Virus record (IMG/VR): IMGVR_UViG_2757320919_000001
Span: 70,928-134,927 of that record
From: a virus
Lineage: Duplodnaviria > Caudoviricetes
Length of the DNA stretch: 64,000 bases
Strand: one strand, 5' to 3'
Part shown: positions 49,728 through 59,679 of the stretch, piece after piece
How positions within the stretch are numbered: the stretch's first letter is position 1
How the letters are laid out: each line of letters opens with the position of its first letter
Made by a program: the position numbers and the translations under genes
The notes under the pieces: generated by a model
Seen by the model: the letters and a program-made list of their open reading frames with translations, nothing else
Database searches by the model: none
What the model was told of the DNA's origin: nothing

Positions 49728-49880
49728 AATCAGGGTATTTAAAAATTCAGATATACTGAAATCACTAGGCACATAAAATCATAAAATATTAATTTGCTGT
49801 AAATACCCTTTTTAATCATGGTACTTTTAGAGAATTCATCATTATCAGTAATGTCCTTAAAACTTTGCTGTTAGTACCAT
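49728..49880 (-). ncRNA. two tandem stem-ACAGCAAA-loop-stem-GATT RNA motifs
   Basis: stems 49732-41/49800-09 and 49818-25/49873-80, shared flanking motifs. Confidence 0.6.
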
Positions 49881-49940
49881 TTAAATGTGTTTATTTTAAA
49901 CACATTTAAGTCTTCATTGAAAACTTAAATGTGTTTAAGA

Positions 49941-50025
49941 TGGTGTAGAAGGATGGACTTGAACCATCAATGCCAAAAGACGCCAGATTTACAGTCTGGT
50001 GGATTACCAATTATCCTACTTCTAC
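49941..50025 (-). tRNA. tRNA-Tyr(GTA)
   Basis: cloverleaf, CTGTAAA loop, long variable arm, GGTTCAAGTCC, encoded CCA. Confidence 0.93.
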
Positions 50026-50043
50026 ATTTATTATAATTATAAA

Positions 50044-50118
50044 TGGCTGCAGATAGAGGATTCGAACCTCTGACTCATCGATTAACAGTCGATTGCACTA
50101 CCGCTGTGCTAATCTGCA
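50044..50118 (-). tRNA. tRNA-Asn(GTT)
   Basis: cloverleaf, CTGTTAA loop, GGTTCGAATCC, CCA. Confidence 0.95.
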
Positions 50119-50132
50119 ATAATTATGTTTAT

Positions 50133-50207
50133 CAACCACAACTTCAATATATTAGAGTTATTGAACAGGATTTGTAATCCTGTACTCTACCAATTAAGCT
50201 ATAGTCA
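50133..50207 (-). pseudogene. degenerate tRNA (ACA anticodon), T-arm replaced
   Basis: intact D arm TAGCTTAATTGGTAGAGTA and CAGGA-TTACAAA-TCCTG; no TTCG loop or CCA. Confidence 0.6.
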
Positions 50208-50211
50208 TATA

Positions 50212-50286
50212 TGGTGGGCGAAACAGGAATCGAACCTATAACCAACCGGTTATGAGCCGGTTGCTCTACCATTGAGCTACTCGCCC
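50212..50286 (-). tRNA. tRNA-Met/Ile2(CAT)
   Basis: cloverleaf, CTCATAA loop, GGTTCGATTCC, CCA. Confidence 0.93.
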
Positions 50287-50350
50287 TTACTTAATTTTTA
50301 TATTCGTAATCGTATCATAATAACCTTAAATTAACCTTAAAACTATTATT

Positions 50351-50421
50351 GATACATAAGAGATAAGACAAGCTCTCTCTGTTAGGTTTGACTACCTAAA
50401 CCGTCTTATCTCTTATATACC
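50351..50421 (-). ncRNA. candidate small hairpin RNA with own promoter
   Basis: 14-bp perfect stem 50356-69/50403-16; lies between two near-identical promoters. Confidence 0.5.
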
Positions 50422-50470
50422 CAATTTTTATACCGTAATCGTATCACAATAACCTTAAGATTTTCTTAAA

Positions 50471-51118
50471 TTATTGTTTTATTTGAAATTTAAGAGGATA
50501 ATATGTACCATCTTCACTAAATGGTAAATCCCTTGTTTTAAATTTCATTTTATCTGTAACAAATACCTTATTATTTAAGTATAATTCTATTTCACCAACT
50601 TTGTTAAATTGTGTTTTTTTAGTCTTTTCAAGTAAAATATAATGTCCAAATACAAAGTTTCTTATCATTTTGTTAAAAGTGAAAGCTATATTCCATTCTC
50701 TTACTTTTTTTGGTAAAATATAAACTTTTATACCTAATGTTTCCGTGATCTTATTTATCTCAGAGATACTTTTATACCTAAATACACAAAAATATTCAGC
50801 ATCTTTTGCTTTTTTAAATATATTTGGACTTACATATCTTTCAAAATCACTAGGTGTTTTTGGTATTCTTCTTAAATAATTTTCATCGCTCGGAGTTAAT
50901 TCTTTAATTTTTGGAAGCATAAATCTCAAATCTGTTGAGTTAGCTTCATTAAACTTTAAAAAAACCGGTTTATATTTATCTGCAACTTCATAGAACCAAT
51001 AATAAGGTGATCTTGCTAAAATATATGTGTTAAAGTTTATTTTATTTTCTTTTAAATTTTTTATAAACTCATTACTTTCTTTTATATCATAGTAAGGATC
51101 AAATGTTAGTATCATCAT
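50471..51118 (-). CDS. hypothetical protein
   Basis: ORF overlapping MTase end. Confidence 0.6.
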   Translation of the reverse strand: MMILTFDPYYDIKESNEFIKNLKENKINFNTYILARSPYYWFYEVADKYKPVFLKFNEANSTDLRFMLPKIKELTPSDENYLRRIPKTPSDFERYVSPNIFKKAKDAEYFCVFRYKSISEINKITETLGIKVYILPKKVREWNIAFTFNKMIRNFVFGHYILLEKTKKTQFNKVGEIELYLNNKVFVTDKMKFKTRDLPFSEDGTYYPLKFQIKQ

Positions 51119-52277
51119 GTTCCTTATTTAGGTATTCAAAATCTCCACCACCTTGCCATTGTACTTCTTTACTAATACCACCTTGCTCACCTTCTATAAC
51201 TTTTTTAAGTCTTTCTTTTGTGATAGTTTCTATATAATCCATTTGTTCTATACCTATCCATTTGCGTTTCATTTTATGTGCTACTGCTAAAGTAGTGCCA
51301 CTTCCTGCAAAAAAGTCCATTACAAGATCATTTTCATTTGTAGAAAGATCCAATATTATTTTTAATAAGTATTCAGGTTTTTGCCCATTTTTAAAAGTTG
51401 TTTTCAGTCCTTCTTTACATATGCCAATTGTAGATATGTTTGTCCATAAATCACCTAAAGAATAATCAAGATTTTCATGTAAAAACAAAACTTTCATAAT
51501 TACACTATTATTCATATAATAATAGTTTGTTTTACCTTTTGAATTTATTATTTTTTCAAAAGTCCCTTCTTCCATATTAATATTAATGTTATTATCAGGT
51601 TTTACTAAATATATCAAGTTTTTAAAATAATCTTGTTTATTTAATTTTGGATCAAAATATTTTATTTCCCATTCTTTATAATCGTTTTCAATGTTTGTAA
51701 TATATTTGTTATAATATTTAATATATGATGATAATTCATTTTGTGTTTTTTTTAATCTAATTTGTTTTAATATAGATTTATTATCTTGTTTTTTATAAAG
51801 TAGAATGTATTCTTTATTTTTCGGTAATTTTTTATGACAATTAGCATTTTTTAATCCTTTAGATTCGTTCATCTTGACTACAATACAATTAACAAAATTC
51901 TCTCTACCAAATATCTCATCCATAAGTACTTTTAAATATGCTTGCTCGTTATCGTCACATTGAACGAATATAACACCATCATCTTTTAAAAATTCTCTAG
52001 CTACTTCTAATCTTTCTTTCATAAATTTTAACCAAACTTTAGAACCTATGAATTTATCTTGTGATTTTATTTTTTTAGCTTCTTCTTCATCTACATTAAA
52101 ATATTTTATAATCAAATCTATAGATTCAAAACTATCATTATAGTGGAAATTTTTATTTCCAGTATTATAAGGAGGATCAATATAAATTAATTTCACTTTA
52201 CCTTTATAAAAAGGTAAAATACTATTCATTACTTCTAAGTTGTCACCTTTAATTAAATAGTTTTTATCAATATTCAT
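51099..52277 (-). CDS. DNA N6-adenine methyltransferase, beta class (Mod-like)
   Basis: [26 protein letters not shown]. Confidence 0.92.
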   Translation of the reverse strand: MNIDKNYLIKGDNLEVMNSILPFYKGKVKLIYIDPPYNTGNKNFHYNDSFESIDLIIKYFNVDEEEAKKIKSQDKFIGSKVWLKFMKERLEVAREFLKDDGVIFVQCDDNEQAYLKVLMDEIFGRENFVNCIVVKMNESKGLKNANCHKKLPKNKEYILLYKKQDNKSILKQIRLKKTQNELSSYIKYYNKYITNIENDYKEWEIKYFDPKLNKQDYFKNLIYLVKPDNNININMEEGTFEKIINSKGKTNYYYMNNSVIMKVLFLHENLDYSLGDLWTNISTIGICKEGLKTTFKNGQKPEYLLKIILDLSTNENDLVMDFFAGSGTTLAVAHKMKRKWIGIEQMDYIETITKERLKKVIEGEQGGISKEVQWQGGGDFEYLNKEHDDTNI

Positions 52278-52282
52278 ATAAT

Positions 52283-53014
52283 TTACTCCCTATTATAACT
52301 ACTATTTTTAAAACTATCACACATTGATTTAAATTCACACCAGTTACATAATATACCTGGATTAGCTATAAATGCTTTTTCATTTTCAATACTCATTATA
52401 TCTTGAGCAAATTGCTTTTTTAAAGGCACTAAATCATCACTTGTATAAGTGTAAGTATGAAAATCATTAGTTTCAACATATACAAACTGACATATTATTT
52501 TATCTACATTTAAGACTTTTTCAGCCCATATTGCATATAATGCTAGTTGATTTGCATCTGGTATATATTTTTTGTCTTTTGTTTTACCTGTTTTCCAATC
52601 TATTATTATTGCACATCTATTTTTTATAGCAATATAATCAATAGTTCCTCTTATAACATAATCATTACCATAATAATTAGTTGGATTTAGCTTACTATCT
52701 AAAGCCCAATTTACTTCATTTCCTAAAGCTGGTAAATCTTTTATATTTTTATATTTTTCTGTTTCTTTAAACTTTTCAAATATTTCATTATATTCTTTAT
52801 ATTGATCTGCATTTATTAAAGGATTATGATATGATTTACTTACTTCGATAGGTTCTTCTTTAAAACTTTGCTCTATTAACCAATGTATATAACTTCCTTT
52901 AATAAGTGCAGTTTGATCTTTAGGTATAGATATTTTATCAATATAAGAATATTTAAACTTTAATTTACATTGTCTAAAACACTCTAATCTTGAATAAGAA
53001 TATCTATACTTCAC
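52283..53014 (-). CDS. Cas4-like / RecB-family PD-(D/E)xK exonuclease
   Basis: [31 protein letters not shown] Fe-S motif. Confidence 0.85.
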   Translation of the reverse strand: MKYRYSYSRLECFRQCKLKFKYSYIDKISIPKDQTALIKGSYIHWLIEQSFKEEPIEVSKSYHNPLINADQYKEYNEIFEKFKETEKYKNIKDLPALGNEVNWALDSKLNPTNYYGNDYVIRGTIDYIAIKNRCAIIIDWKTGKTKDKKYIPDANQLALYAIWAEKVLNVDKIICQFVYVETNDFHTYTYTSDDLVPLKKQFAQDIMSIENEKAFIANPGILCNWCEFKSMCDSFKNSSYNRE

Positions 53015-53023
53015 AATTTACCC

Positions 53024-53368
53024 TTAATCGTTAATTTGATCTTTTAAGTTTTGTAATAGTTCTTTATCGGATACTATCGAGTTATACATGCTTATATTAG
53101 CACTTAAACTATCGATACTCATTTTAAGTTCATTTTTTAATGTAGATAGAACCCTGTTAAATTCTGTTATATTTATACCATCTTTGGATAATTTTGTTTT
53201 AATATCCCTTATTTCAACATCAATTTCTCTTTTTTGTTTCTCTAAATCAAAAATTTGTTTCATAGCATTTTTGACTAGCTCATCTTCATTAATACTATTT
53301 TTTTCAATAAAATCAGTAACATTTAGTTTCTGACTTTTTAATTCTATAAATTCATCAATATTTTCCAT
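53024..53368 (-). CDS. small coiled-coil DNA-binding protein (T4 DsbA/GapR-like)
   Basis: LEKQKREID.EIRDIK..L.KDGI pattern; start MENID after AAAGGA. Confidence 0.5.
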   Translation of the reverse strand: MENIDEFIELKSQKLNVTDFIEKNSINEDELVKNAMKQIFDLEKQKREIDVEIRDIKTKLSKDGINITEFNRVLSTLKNELKMSIDSLSANISMYNSIVSDKELLQNLKDQIND

Positions 53369-53382
53369 TTTCAGTCCTTTCA

Positions 53383-53428
53383 ATTTTGATACCGTAACGG
53401 TATCAAAATCTACTTAATTTAAACTTAA
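53383..53428 (-). promoter_or_regulatory. promoter with palindromic -10 region
   Basis: ATTTTGATACCGT-A-ACGGTATCAAAAT 13-bp palindrome next to TTAAG-N6-TTAAG. Confidence 0.65.
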
Positions 53429-54039
53429 TCTATAATTTTATAGTCAAATTCTTTGAAATTAAGATTTTCATCTCTTAAAAGCTTCCATCGATTTTTTGTA
53501 TTTAACTGTCTGAACATAATCTTTTTACCTAATTTATATGCTTTAGTAATATACCTTTCATTACTTATATCATTCCTTATGGATTTTGAATAATCAGCTT
53601 TATACCATTTCTTTACTCTTATTTGTTTACCATTAACCAAAAAATACCAGAACTCTCTATGATCTCCATCAAGAGTAACATCTTCTTTTCTACAATTGTA
53701 ATTTTTTACTACTTCATCTAGTGCTTCTTCATAAGTATAAGCACCCATATGTTTTTTAAACTTTCTTTCACTTTCTGAATACTCACCTGTTCTTTCTTCA
53801 ATTTCTTTTAAACACTCATCCATACATATTTTTGGATTATATCCATCTTGATATAAACTGTTAATTAAGAATACAATACAATCACATCTCCAATCTATAC
53901 TTTCATGTTCACTATCCCTTTTTTTGATACCTTCATCTATCTCTTCATGTAGATAACCTAACAAAGTTAAATGATCATATTCTTTTTTATCTAAATGTCT
54001 TTCTTTCAACCATTTTTCTAATTTCTCAAATAGTTTCAT
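53425..54039 (-). CDS. MazG-like nucleotide pyrophosphohydrolase
   Basis: W..ER.L, L.EEIDE, ID...D..V, C.....EI..R.G....F.K. Confidence 0.6.
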   Translation of the reverse strand: MKLFEKLEKWLKERHLDKKEYDHLTLLGYLHEEIDEGIKKRDSEHESIDWRCDCIVFLINSLYQDGYNPKICMDECLKEIEERTGEYSESERKFKKHMGAYTYEEALDEVVKNYNCRKEDVTLDGDHREFWYFLVNGKQIRVKKWYKADYSKSIRNDISNERYITKAYKLGKKIMFRQLNTKNRWKLLRDENLNFKEFDYKIID

Positions 54040-54411
54040 AATTTTAACCTTTCATTTATAGTTTTAATGTCGTTTTCATAGTCTTTACAATTTAAATAAC
54101 CATTTAATGTTTCATAATTTCGTGCCTCCTAATTATTTTTAATAGAAATATTACTACAGTTTTTCTTCAAATCATAATGATTATATTTTTAAGCCAATAA
54201 CTTCAATTAAGCCGTTCTTAAGAAATTACTTTTTAAGCTGATCTTTTATTTCATTTAGTTTTTGTTTCTTAGTTAAATCATCATTTTTTCCTTTTACTAT
54301 ATAAAAATGATGTAACATTAACTGATACTATAACTAATACTGCCACAATTGCTATAAATGTTCCCACAACAGATGTATTTGTCTCCATTTTATTTCCTTT
54401 CTGTAATTAAA

Positions 54412-57075
54412 TTATAACCATTCATCTAAGGTATTTGCAAAAATATTTTTATAATCAAATCCTATATGTTTACTCATAATATCTAATTTTTGTATAAAAT
54501 ATTTTTCAAACATAGTTTCATAATCAACAAATTCACTAATACTTGGTATTTCTCTTACAATTTCATCATCAGGAATACATATGACATTATCACCAGTGAT
54601 GGTATTTGGTGTTTTCAGATAGACAATATATACTTTTTCACCTTCCATTATTTTTTTAAGTTTATACTTGTTTGTAAGATTATTATAATGGATTGAACCT
54701 CTAGATTGAATAGGACAAGGATTACCATTTATAGATGAAACCCATTTATCATTTGATACAACATATGATAAGCTACTTACACTTTTATTCATACAAATAT
54801 CGCTTAGAAGCTGTTGTTTAAATTCATCCTTTATGTGATTAATAAATTGCCTTAACCCATGTAGATCACTATCAAGTATTAAATCTAAGCATTCATTTAA
54901 TTTTAGTTTTGTCCATTTTGGAGTTGTTTTATCAATCATAGGAAGACCAGTTATTTTAAATCCTCTATTTGATTTCTTTTTATTAAAATATCTCCCAACA
55001 TATCTTTTACGAGCACAACTAATTAATCTATCACATATTGTTTCCTGTTCCATTCCAAGATTGCTATTTTTGTCTAAACCATTGATAGCTGTTACAGCTT
55101 CACTTATAGCATCATCTATAACAGGTGATATTGTAGTTTCACAATAACTTTTCAAAAATTTGGCATTTTCTTGTAAATCTTTAGGTGTTTCTAGAAATTT
55201 AAACTCAAAATAGTTAGAATCTGTATCACATTGAATACTTAAAGGCCTACTATTAACATCAATATTTAAATTATATGTTTCATTACAAAACTTATTAACT
55301 CTATATGAAACCCACATGTTTAAAAATCTGCCAGTTGTTGTAATTGACTCACTCATTTTTTTACCAAAACTAAAAGGATTTATTGCTAGTGATGTTGAAC
55401 CATAAGCAGAATTCATAAGAATTTTAAACATATATTGCATAAGATCATGGTAATCTATTTCAGAAGCGGTTAAATTATCATTCTTTAAAAAATCCTTATG
55501 CTTTAATCTATCTTTGAAAAAGTTTTCTATTAATTCAGAAAATAATGAAGTACCATCTGAAAAATATAAACATCCATTTGGAGTAACATTAACACCATAT
55601 TTTTTACATATATATCTTATGTGGTCTTTATTATCAATAATATTTTTAAAGTAATAAAATTCCTCCATACTATCATTGTTAGTTTTATCATAGGTTTCTG
55701 AATAGAAATAAAAATATTTGTTTAACATATCTTTAAGGTCTTCTGGTAATGATGTAGAAATAACTTCATTTGGTGCCTCATTCATAAACCTTGCTCTATT
55801 TTCTTCAAGCATTTTAGCTTTCTCATATGGGATGCTACTAACTGGAATATAATTATCCAAACCTATTTTAAATTCGATAATAATGTTTGGATATAGAGAT
55901 GTAAAGTCATATGAACATACATTTTTGTGCAACCCTTCAATAACTCTAACCCATCCTCCAGGGTATGGTGGATCATAGTTTATTATTTTTAATTGTCTTA
56001 AAGGTAATATAACATTTTGTGATAAAGCATAATTATACATTAATGACGCCCATTGCATAAGGGTACCTGAAACTTCATCAGCATTTACACCACACTTATA
56101 TGCTACTAATTGGCATACTTTTAACAGTTTTAATTTTCGCTCTAATTTTATAAGTAACTCAACATCCTTTAAACCATAAGAAACAAACTTATTAAAATCT
56201 TTATACAAGTCTTCTATTGAACCATCATAATTTACTTTAGTATCACCTAATTCAAGTTTGGATATTTCATCTAATGAAAATCTACTTGGTTTTTGAGTTG
56301 TGTATTTGATATATAAATCTCTCAAATCTAATTGAATTATACCTTCTATCTTAACACCATCATACTCTATATCATCATTAGTTTTCATTCTTTTATGTGT
56401 TATAGCTTTTATAGGTGATAATTCAACATAATCATCTATTCCAAGATGGATCATTCTATTTACAATATAAGGGATATCAAATAAATTAGAGTTGAAACCA
56501 GCTATAATAGTAGGATTTGTTTTAACTACAAATGTTAAATATTTTTTTAACATTTGTATTTCATTATCGCATTTTTTGTAAATCACTTCCCCTATATCTG
56601 ATTGTAAATCAATATTTAAGTCTTTAGTACCAAAAATTATGAACTTATTTAAATAGTTATCATAAACTTGTATTAAAGATATTTCTTCTGTTGGGTTTGA
56701 TGGTTTTGCATAACCATTTATTGCTCTAGTTTCTATATCTAGATATTGTGTTCTGAATTCATGATTACAATCTATATCTTTGAAGTTTTCACGAATATAT
56801 TTTTGAGGTCTGTTTATGTTACCATACAATGGTGTAGAAGGTGATACATTTTTTAAATACTGATATATCTCATATGTTGCTTTAAATGTTTTCTTTTTTA
56901 AATACCCATGTGTATAGAAATCCTTATATTCTGTTTTCTCATTAGTTCTAATAAATAATTCTGGGACATATTCAGTTGATTTATATTCTTTTATAATTGA
57001 GTTTTTTGTAACTTCATCATATAGTCTGGCATATAACTTAAAATTATGTTCAAAAACATATTCGTATTTAAACAT
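54412..57075 (-). CDS. gp43: family B DNA polymerase
   Basis: DIET, FNS..FDIPY, DFTSLYPNII, KILMNSAYG, DTDS, RKRY. Confidence 0.96.
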   Translation of the reverse strand: MFKYEYVFEHNFKLYARLYDEVTKNSIIKEYKSTEYVPELFIRTNEKTEYKDFYTHGYLKKKTFKATYEIYQYLKNVSPSTPLYGNINRPQKYIRENFKDIDCNHEFRTQYLDIETRAINGYAKPSNPTEEISLIQVYDNYLNKFIIFGTKDLNIDLQSDIGEVIYKKCDNEIQMLKKYLTFVVKTNPTIIAGFNSNLFDIPYIVNRMIHLGIDDYVELSPIKAITHKRMKTNDDIEYDGVKIEGIIQLDLRDLYIKYTTQKPSRFSLDEISKLELGDTKVNYDGSIEDLYKDFNKFVSYGLKDVELLIKLERKLKLLKVCQLVAYKCGVNADEVSGTLMQWASLMYNYALSQNVILPLRQLKIINYDPPYPGGWVRVIEGLHKNVCSYDFTSLYPNIIIEFKIGLDNYIPVSSIPYEKAKMLEENRARFMNEAPNEVISTSLPEDLKDMLNKYFYFYSETYDKTNNDSMEEFYYFKNIIDNKDHIRYICKKYGVNVTPNGCLYFSDGTSLFSELIENFFKDRLKHKDFLKNDNLTASEIDYHDLMQYMFKILMNSAYGSTSLAINPFSFGKKMSESITTTGRFLNMWVSYRVNKFCNETYNLNIDVNSRPLSIQCDTDSNYFEFKFLETPKDLQENAKFLKSYCETTISPVIDDAISEAVTAINGLDKNSNLGMEQETICDRLISCARKRYVGRYFNKKKSNRGFKITGLPMIDKTTPKWTKLKLNECLDLILDSDLHGLRQFINHIKDEFKQQLLSDICMNKSVSSLSYVVSNDKWVSSINGNPCPIQSRGSIHYNNLTNKYKLKKIMEGEKVYIVYLKTPNTITGDNVICIPDDEIVREIPSISEFVDYETMFEKYFIQKLDIMSKHIGFDYKNIFANTLDEWL

Positions 57076-57113
57076 TAATACCCCTTATATCTTTTTGGGT
57101 ATTATATCAAAAA

Positions 57114-58151
57114 TTATCTTAAAGGTGGCTTAAAATATAGTACCTCTTTAGCATATTCTTCACCATTAAAATGAGGTACTCTTTTGGTGTATGTTTCTTT
57201 AAGTCCTTCTACATTTGAAGAATATTCACTTAGAAATATTGGAAATTGCTTAAATTTGTCAAATAGTAATGGCAGGCTGTTAGAATCAAACTTAGAATAA
57301 CTTTTAGAAGTTCCCCTACCATTATATGGTGGATCAAAATATAATACAGTAGTCTCAGGATCATACTTGGATAAATCAAGATCAAACGCATCTTTATTGC
57401 TTATTTCCATTTTTGAAAAATCAATATATTTGTGGTTCCTTAAGCATGTTATCCTTTCAATAGGGAATGCTCTAAATACTTTATCCACAAGTGCAAATTG
57501 GTCTTTTGTGAGTTTATTTTGTATTTGTTTAAATGGAATTTTTTGTAATTCGTTTAATGATAGGTTAAAAAACTCATCTATATTATATTTTGATGTTGTT
57601 AATATTTTTTTAAGAACAGGCATCACATAGCTATATCTGTCTATAATAAATCCATCTACATTAAATAATCTATCTAAAACTGTATGGAAGCCCTTATCCA
57701 CATACGGATATAAAATAGATGCATCACAATCTTCTTTTAATAAAAACTTCATAATTGATTTTTTTACTTGCTCAAACTCATCATTTGGTATTACATATGA
57801 ACTACCACTACCAACAAAACCATACATAAATACTGTTTTAAAACAATCAGCGTCAGACTCTATTTGTCCTTTCATATTTTTATAATAGTCTTCACGAAGC
57901 ATAAACTTTTCCAAATCAGTAAAATCACCATTAACTAAATATCTCACTGCTCTGGCAACTCTTTCTGTTTTTTCATTATATAGTGCATTCAATCCCATCT
58001 GAATAGCAGTGATAGATATTGCCCCTGATCCTCCAAATGCATCTACTATGGTTTTAGTATTTGAATACATTTCTTTTATTTTACTTATAATATCAACAGC
58101 TAGGGATCTTTTACACCCAAGATAAGTTGGATAACAATTATATACTTTCAT
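57114..58151 (-). CDS. DNA adenine methyltransferase, alpha/D12 class
   Basis: YLGCK, DAFGGSG, LYFDPPY. Confidence 0.85.
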   Translation of the reverse strand: MKVYNCYPTYLGCKRSLAVDIISKIKEMYSNTKTIVDAFGGSGAISITAIQMGLNALYNEKTERVARAVRYLVNGDFTDLEKFMLREDYYKNMKGQIESDADCFKTVFMYGFVGSGSSYVIPNDEFEQVKKSIMKFLLKEDCDASILYPYVDKGFHTVLDRLFNVDGFIIDRYSYVMPVLKKILTTSKYNIDEFFNLSLNELQKIPFKQIQNKLTKDQFALVDKVFRAFPIERITCLRNHKYIDFSKMEISNKDAFDLDLSKYDPETTVLYFDPPYNGRGTSKSYSKFDSNSLPLLFDKFKQFPIFLSEYSSNVEGLKETYTKRVPHFNGEEYAKEVLYFKPPLR

Positions 58152-58552
58152 ATAACTCTTTTATATTTTAATGGTTCTGGTTGGAACCATTTATTTTTAC
58201 AATAGTTAGTATAATATTTATCAGACTCTAAAATGCTTATTTCATTAGTTAGCATATTCCTGAAAGTTGTGTATTGAACATGATTATAAAAAGAGTTATC
58301 TTCAACCTTTGTTACAATATCAGAATCATTTATCCACATTGATCCTAGTATCAACTCAAATAACTTATTATTTAATTCCCAATTTTCATTATTAATATGT
58401 TCTGAACTAAGTAAAACATCATTATCTTTTGAATCAACAATTTTTAACTTGTCATTATCTTTATATATTTTAATATAATCATTTTCTAAAGATAAAGAAC
58501 CTATTGAATTATTTTTTCCTAATAATATTTGCATACATTCAATAAATTTCAT
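58148..58552 (-). CDS. hypothetical protein
   Basis: ORF with ATGA overlaps. Confidence 0.6.
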   Translation of the reverse strand: MKFIECMQILLGKNNSIGSLSLENDYIKIYKDNDKLKIVDSKDNDVLLSSEHINNENWELNNKLFELILGSMWINDSDIVTKVEDNSFYNHVQYTTFRNMLTNEISILESDKYYTNYCKNKWFQPEPLKYKRVI

Positions 58553-58989
58553 AGTTTATTCCATATGTCTTTAAAGAACTTTGCAAGTGGTTTATAAACT
58601 ATACCATAAACTCTAACCCAAGCCCATACAACATATCTTTTTACAACATTTACACCAAGTAATTTCATAGCATCCAAAAATAGTTCATCAGCAAGAGCTC
58701 TAGGAATATCACCTTTATTTGATTTTCCACATAAAAAATCATGTAATACATAAGCTTTAGTAGGTTTGCCAACTGGTGATATTATTGATTGAAACAATTG
58801 TGGAACACTACCAAAATCAGTCCTAAATCCTTTTGGTATTCTTATAATATTATTTCCAACTAAATATTTTTCTAATTTAAATCCTTTAGAAGTTACATCA
58901 AAGTCAAAAATAAAATAAAAATCATTGTATAATTCAAAGTTATTACCATATCTGTAAATTGTTATAAGGTCTTTACTTATATTTTCCAT
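58549..58989 (-). CDS. DUF1353 family protein
   Basis: IPKGFRTDFGSVP, LHDFL, AD..F..AM. Confidence 0.85.
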   Translation of the reverse strand: MENISKDLITIYRYGNNFELYNDFYFIFDFDVTSKGFKLEKYLVGNNIIRIPKGFRTDFGSVPQLFQSIISPVGKPTKAYVLHDFLCGKSNKGDIPRALADELFLDAMKLLGVNVVKRYVVWAWVRVYGIVYKPLAKFFKDIWNKL

Positions 58990-58990
58990 A

Positions 58991-59494
58991 CTAACCCTTT
59001 AATTGTAATTTACAAGTAGAACATAGTATTGTATAATCATCTCCAATACATATCTCACCTGTATTCGAAATATTATGATTACCATATTCAGATCCGCATT
59101 TTTCACAAATTGAGCTTAATTTATAAATTCTATCTGCATATGGTAAAATATTTATAATGTTTTCAAATAGTTTTGATTCATAATTTATACTTAATCCACA
59201 TAATATCCAGTTTTTACTAATATTATCAATTATAATATTAGTAATTGAGTTATCAAAAAATTGGAATTCATCCAGTAATATATAATCATACTCATTTACA
59301 ATTGCATTTATATTATTTGTTTTTATTACATTTAAATTATGCAATGTTTTATAACTTCTTGATATAAATTCTCTATCATCAATTTCTGGTCTAATTAAAA
59401 TGTATTGTTTTCTACCAAAATGAAGTTTTTCAGCTTCTCTTAATAACTCCAAACTTTTCCCTGATCTCATAGGACCAATTATAAGTTTTATCAT
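58991..59494 (-). CDS. tk: thymidine kinase
   Basis: GPMRSGKS, DEFQF, CxxC...CxxC. Confidence 0.9.
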   Translation of the reverse strand: MIKLIIGPMRSGKSLELLREAEKLHFGRKQYILIRPEIDDREFISRSYKTLHNLNVIKTNNINAIVNEYDYILLDEFQFFDNSITNIIIDNISKNWILCGLSINYESKLFENIINILPYADRIYKLSSICEKCGSEYGNHNISNTGEICIGDDYTILCSTCKLQLKG

Positions 59495-59679
59495 GATATA
59501 AACTTTTCAAATTTATTTGCTAAATACATGCTTATAAACATTAATGTAGCTGTTACTGGTATACCTATTGTTAAATCATAATATAAAACACCTAATGATA
59601 TTATTAAAAGCAATATAACATAAATTTTTAACATTATTGCTGATATCAGCAATATTAATATACTTTTAAATGTATCCAT
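59491..59679 (-). CDS. small membrane protein
   Basis: two hydrophobic segments. Confidence 0.6.
   Translation of the reverse strand: MDTFKSILILLISAIMLKIYVILLLIISLGVLYYDLTIGIPVTATLMFISMYLANKFEKFIS

Noticed and set aside
54050-54390. Short broken ORFs (35-aa TM peptide from 54388 and out-of-frame continuations)
   Set aside because: Could be a decayed gene or indel errors; boundaries and function unsupported
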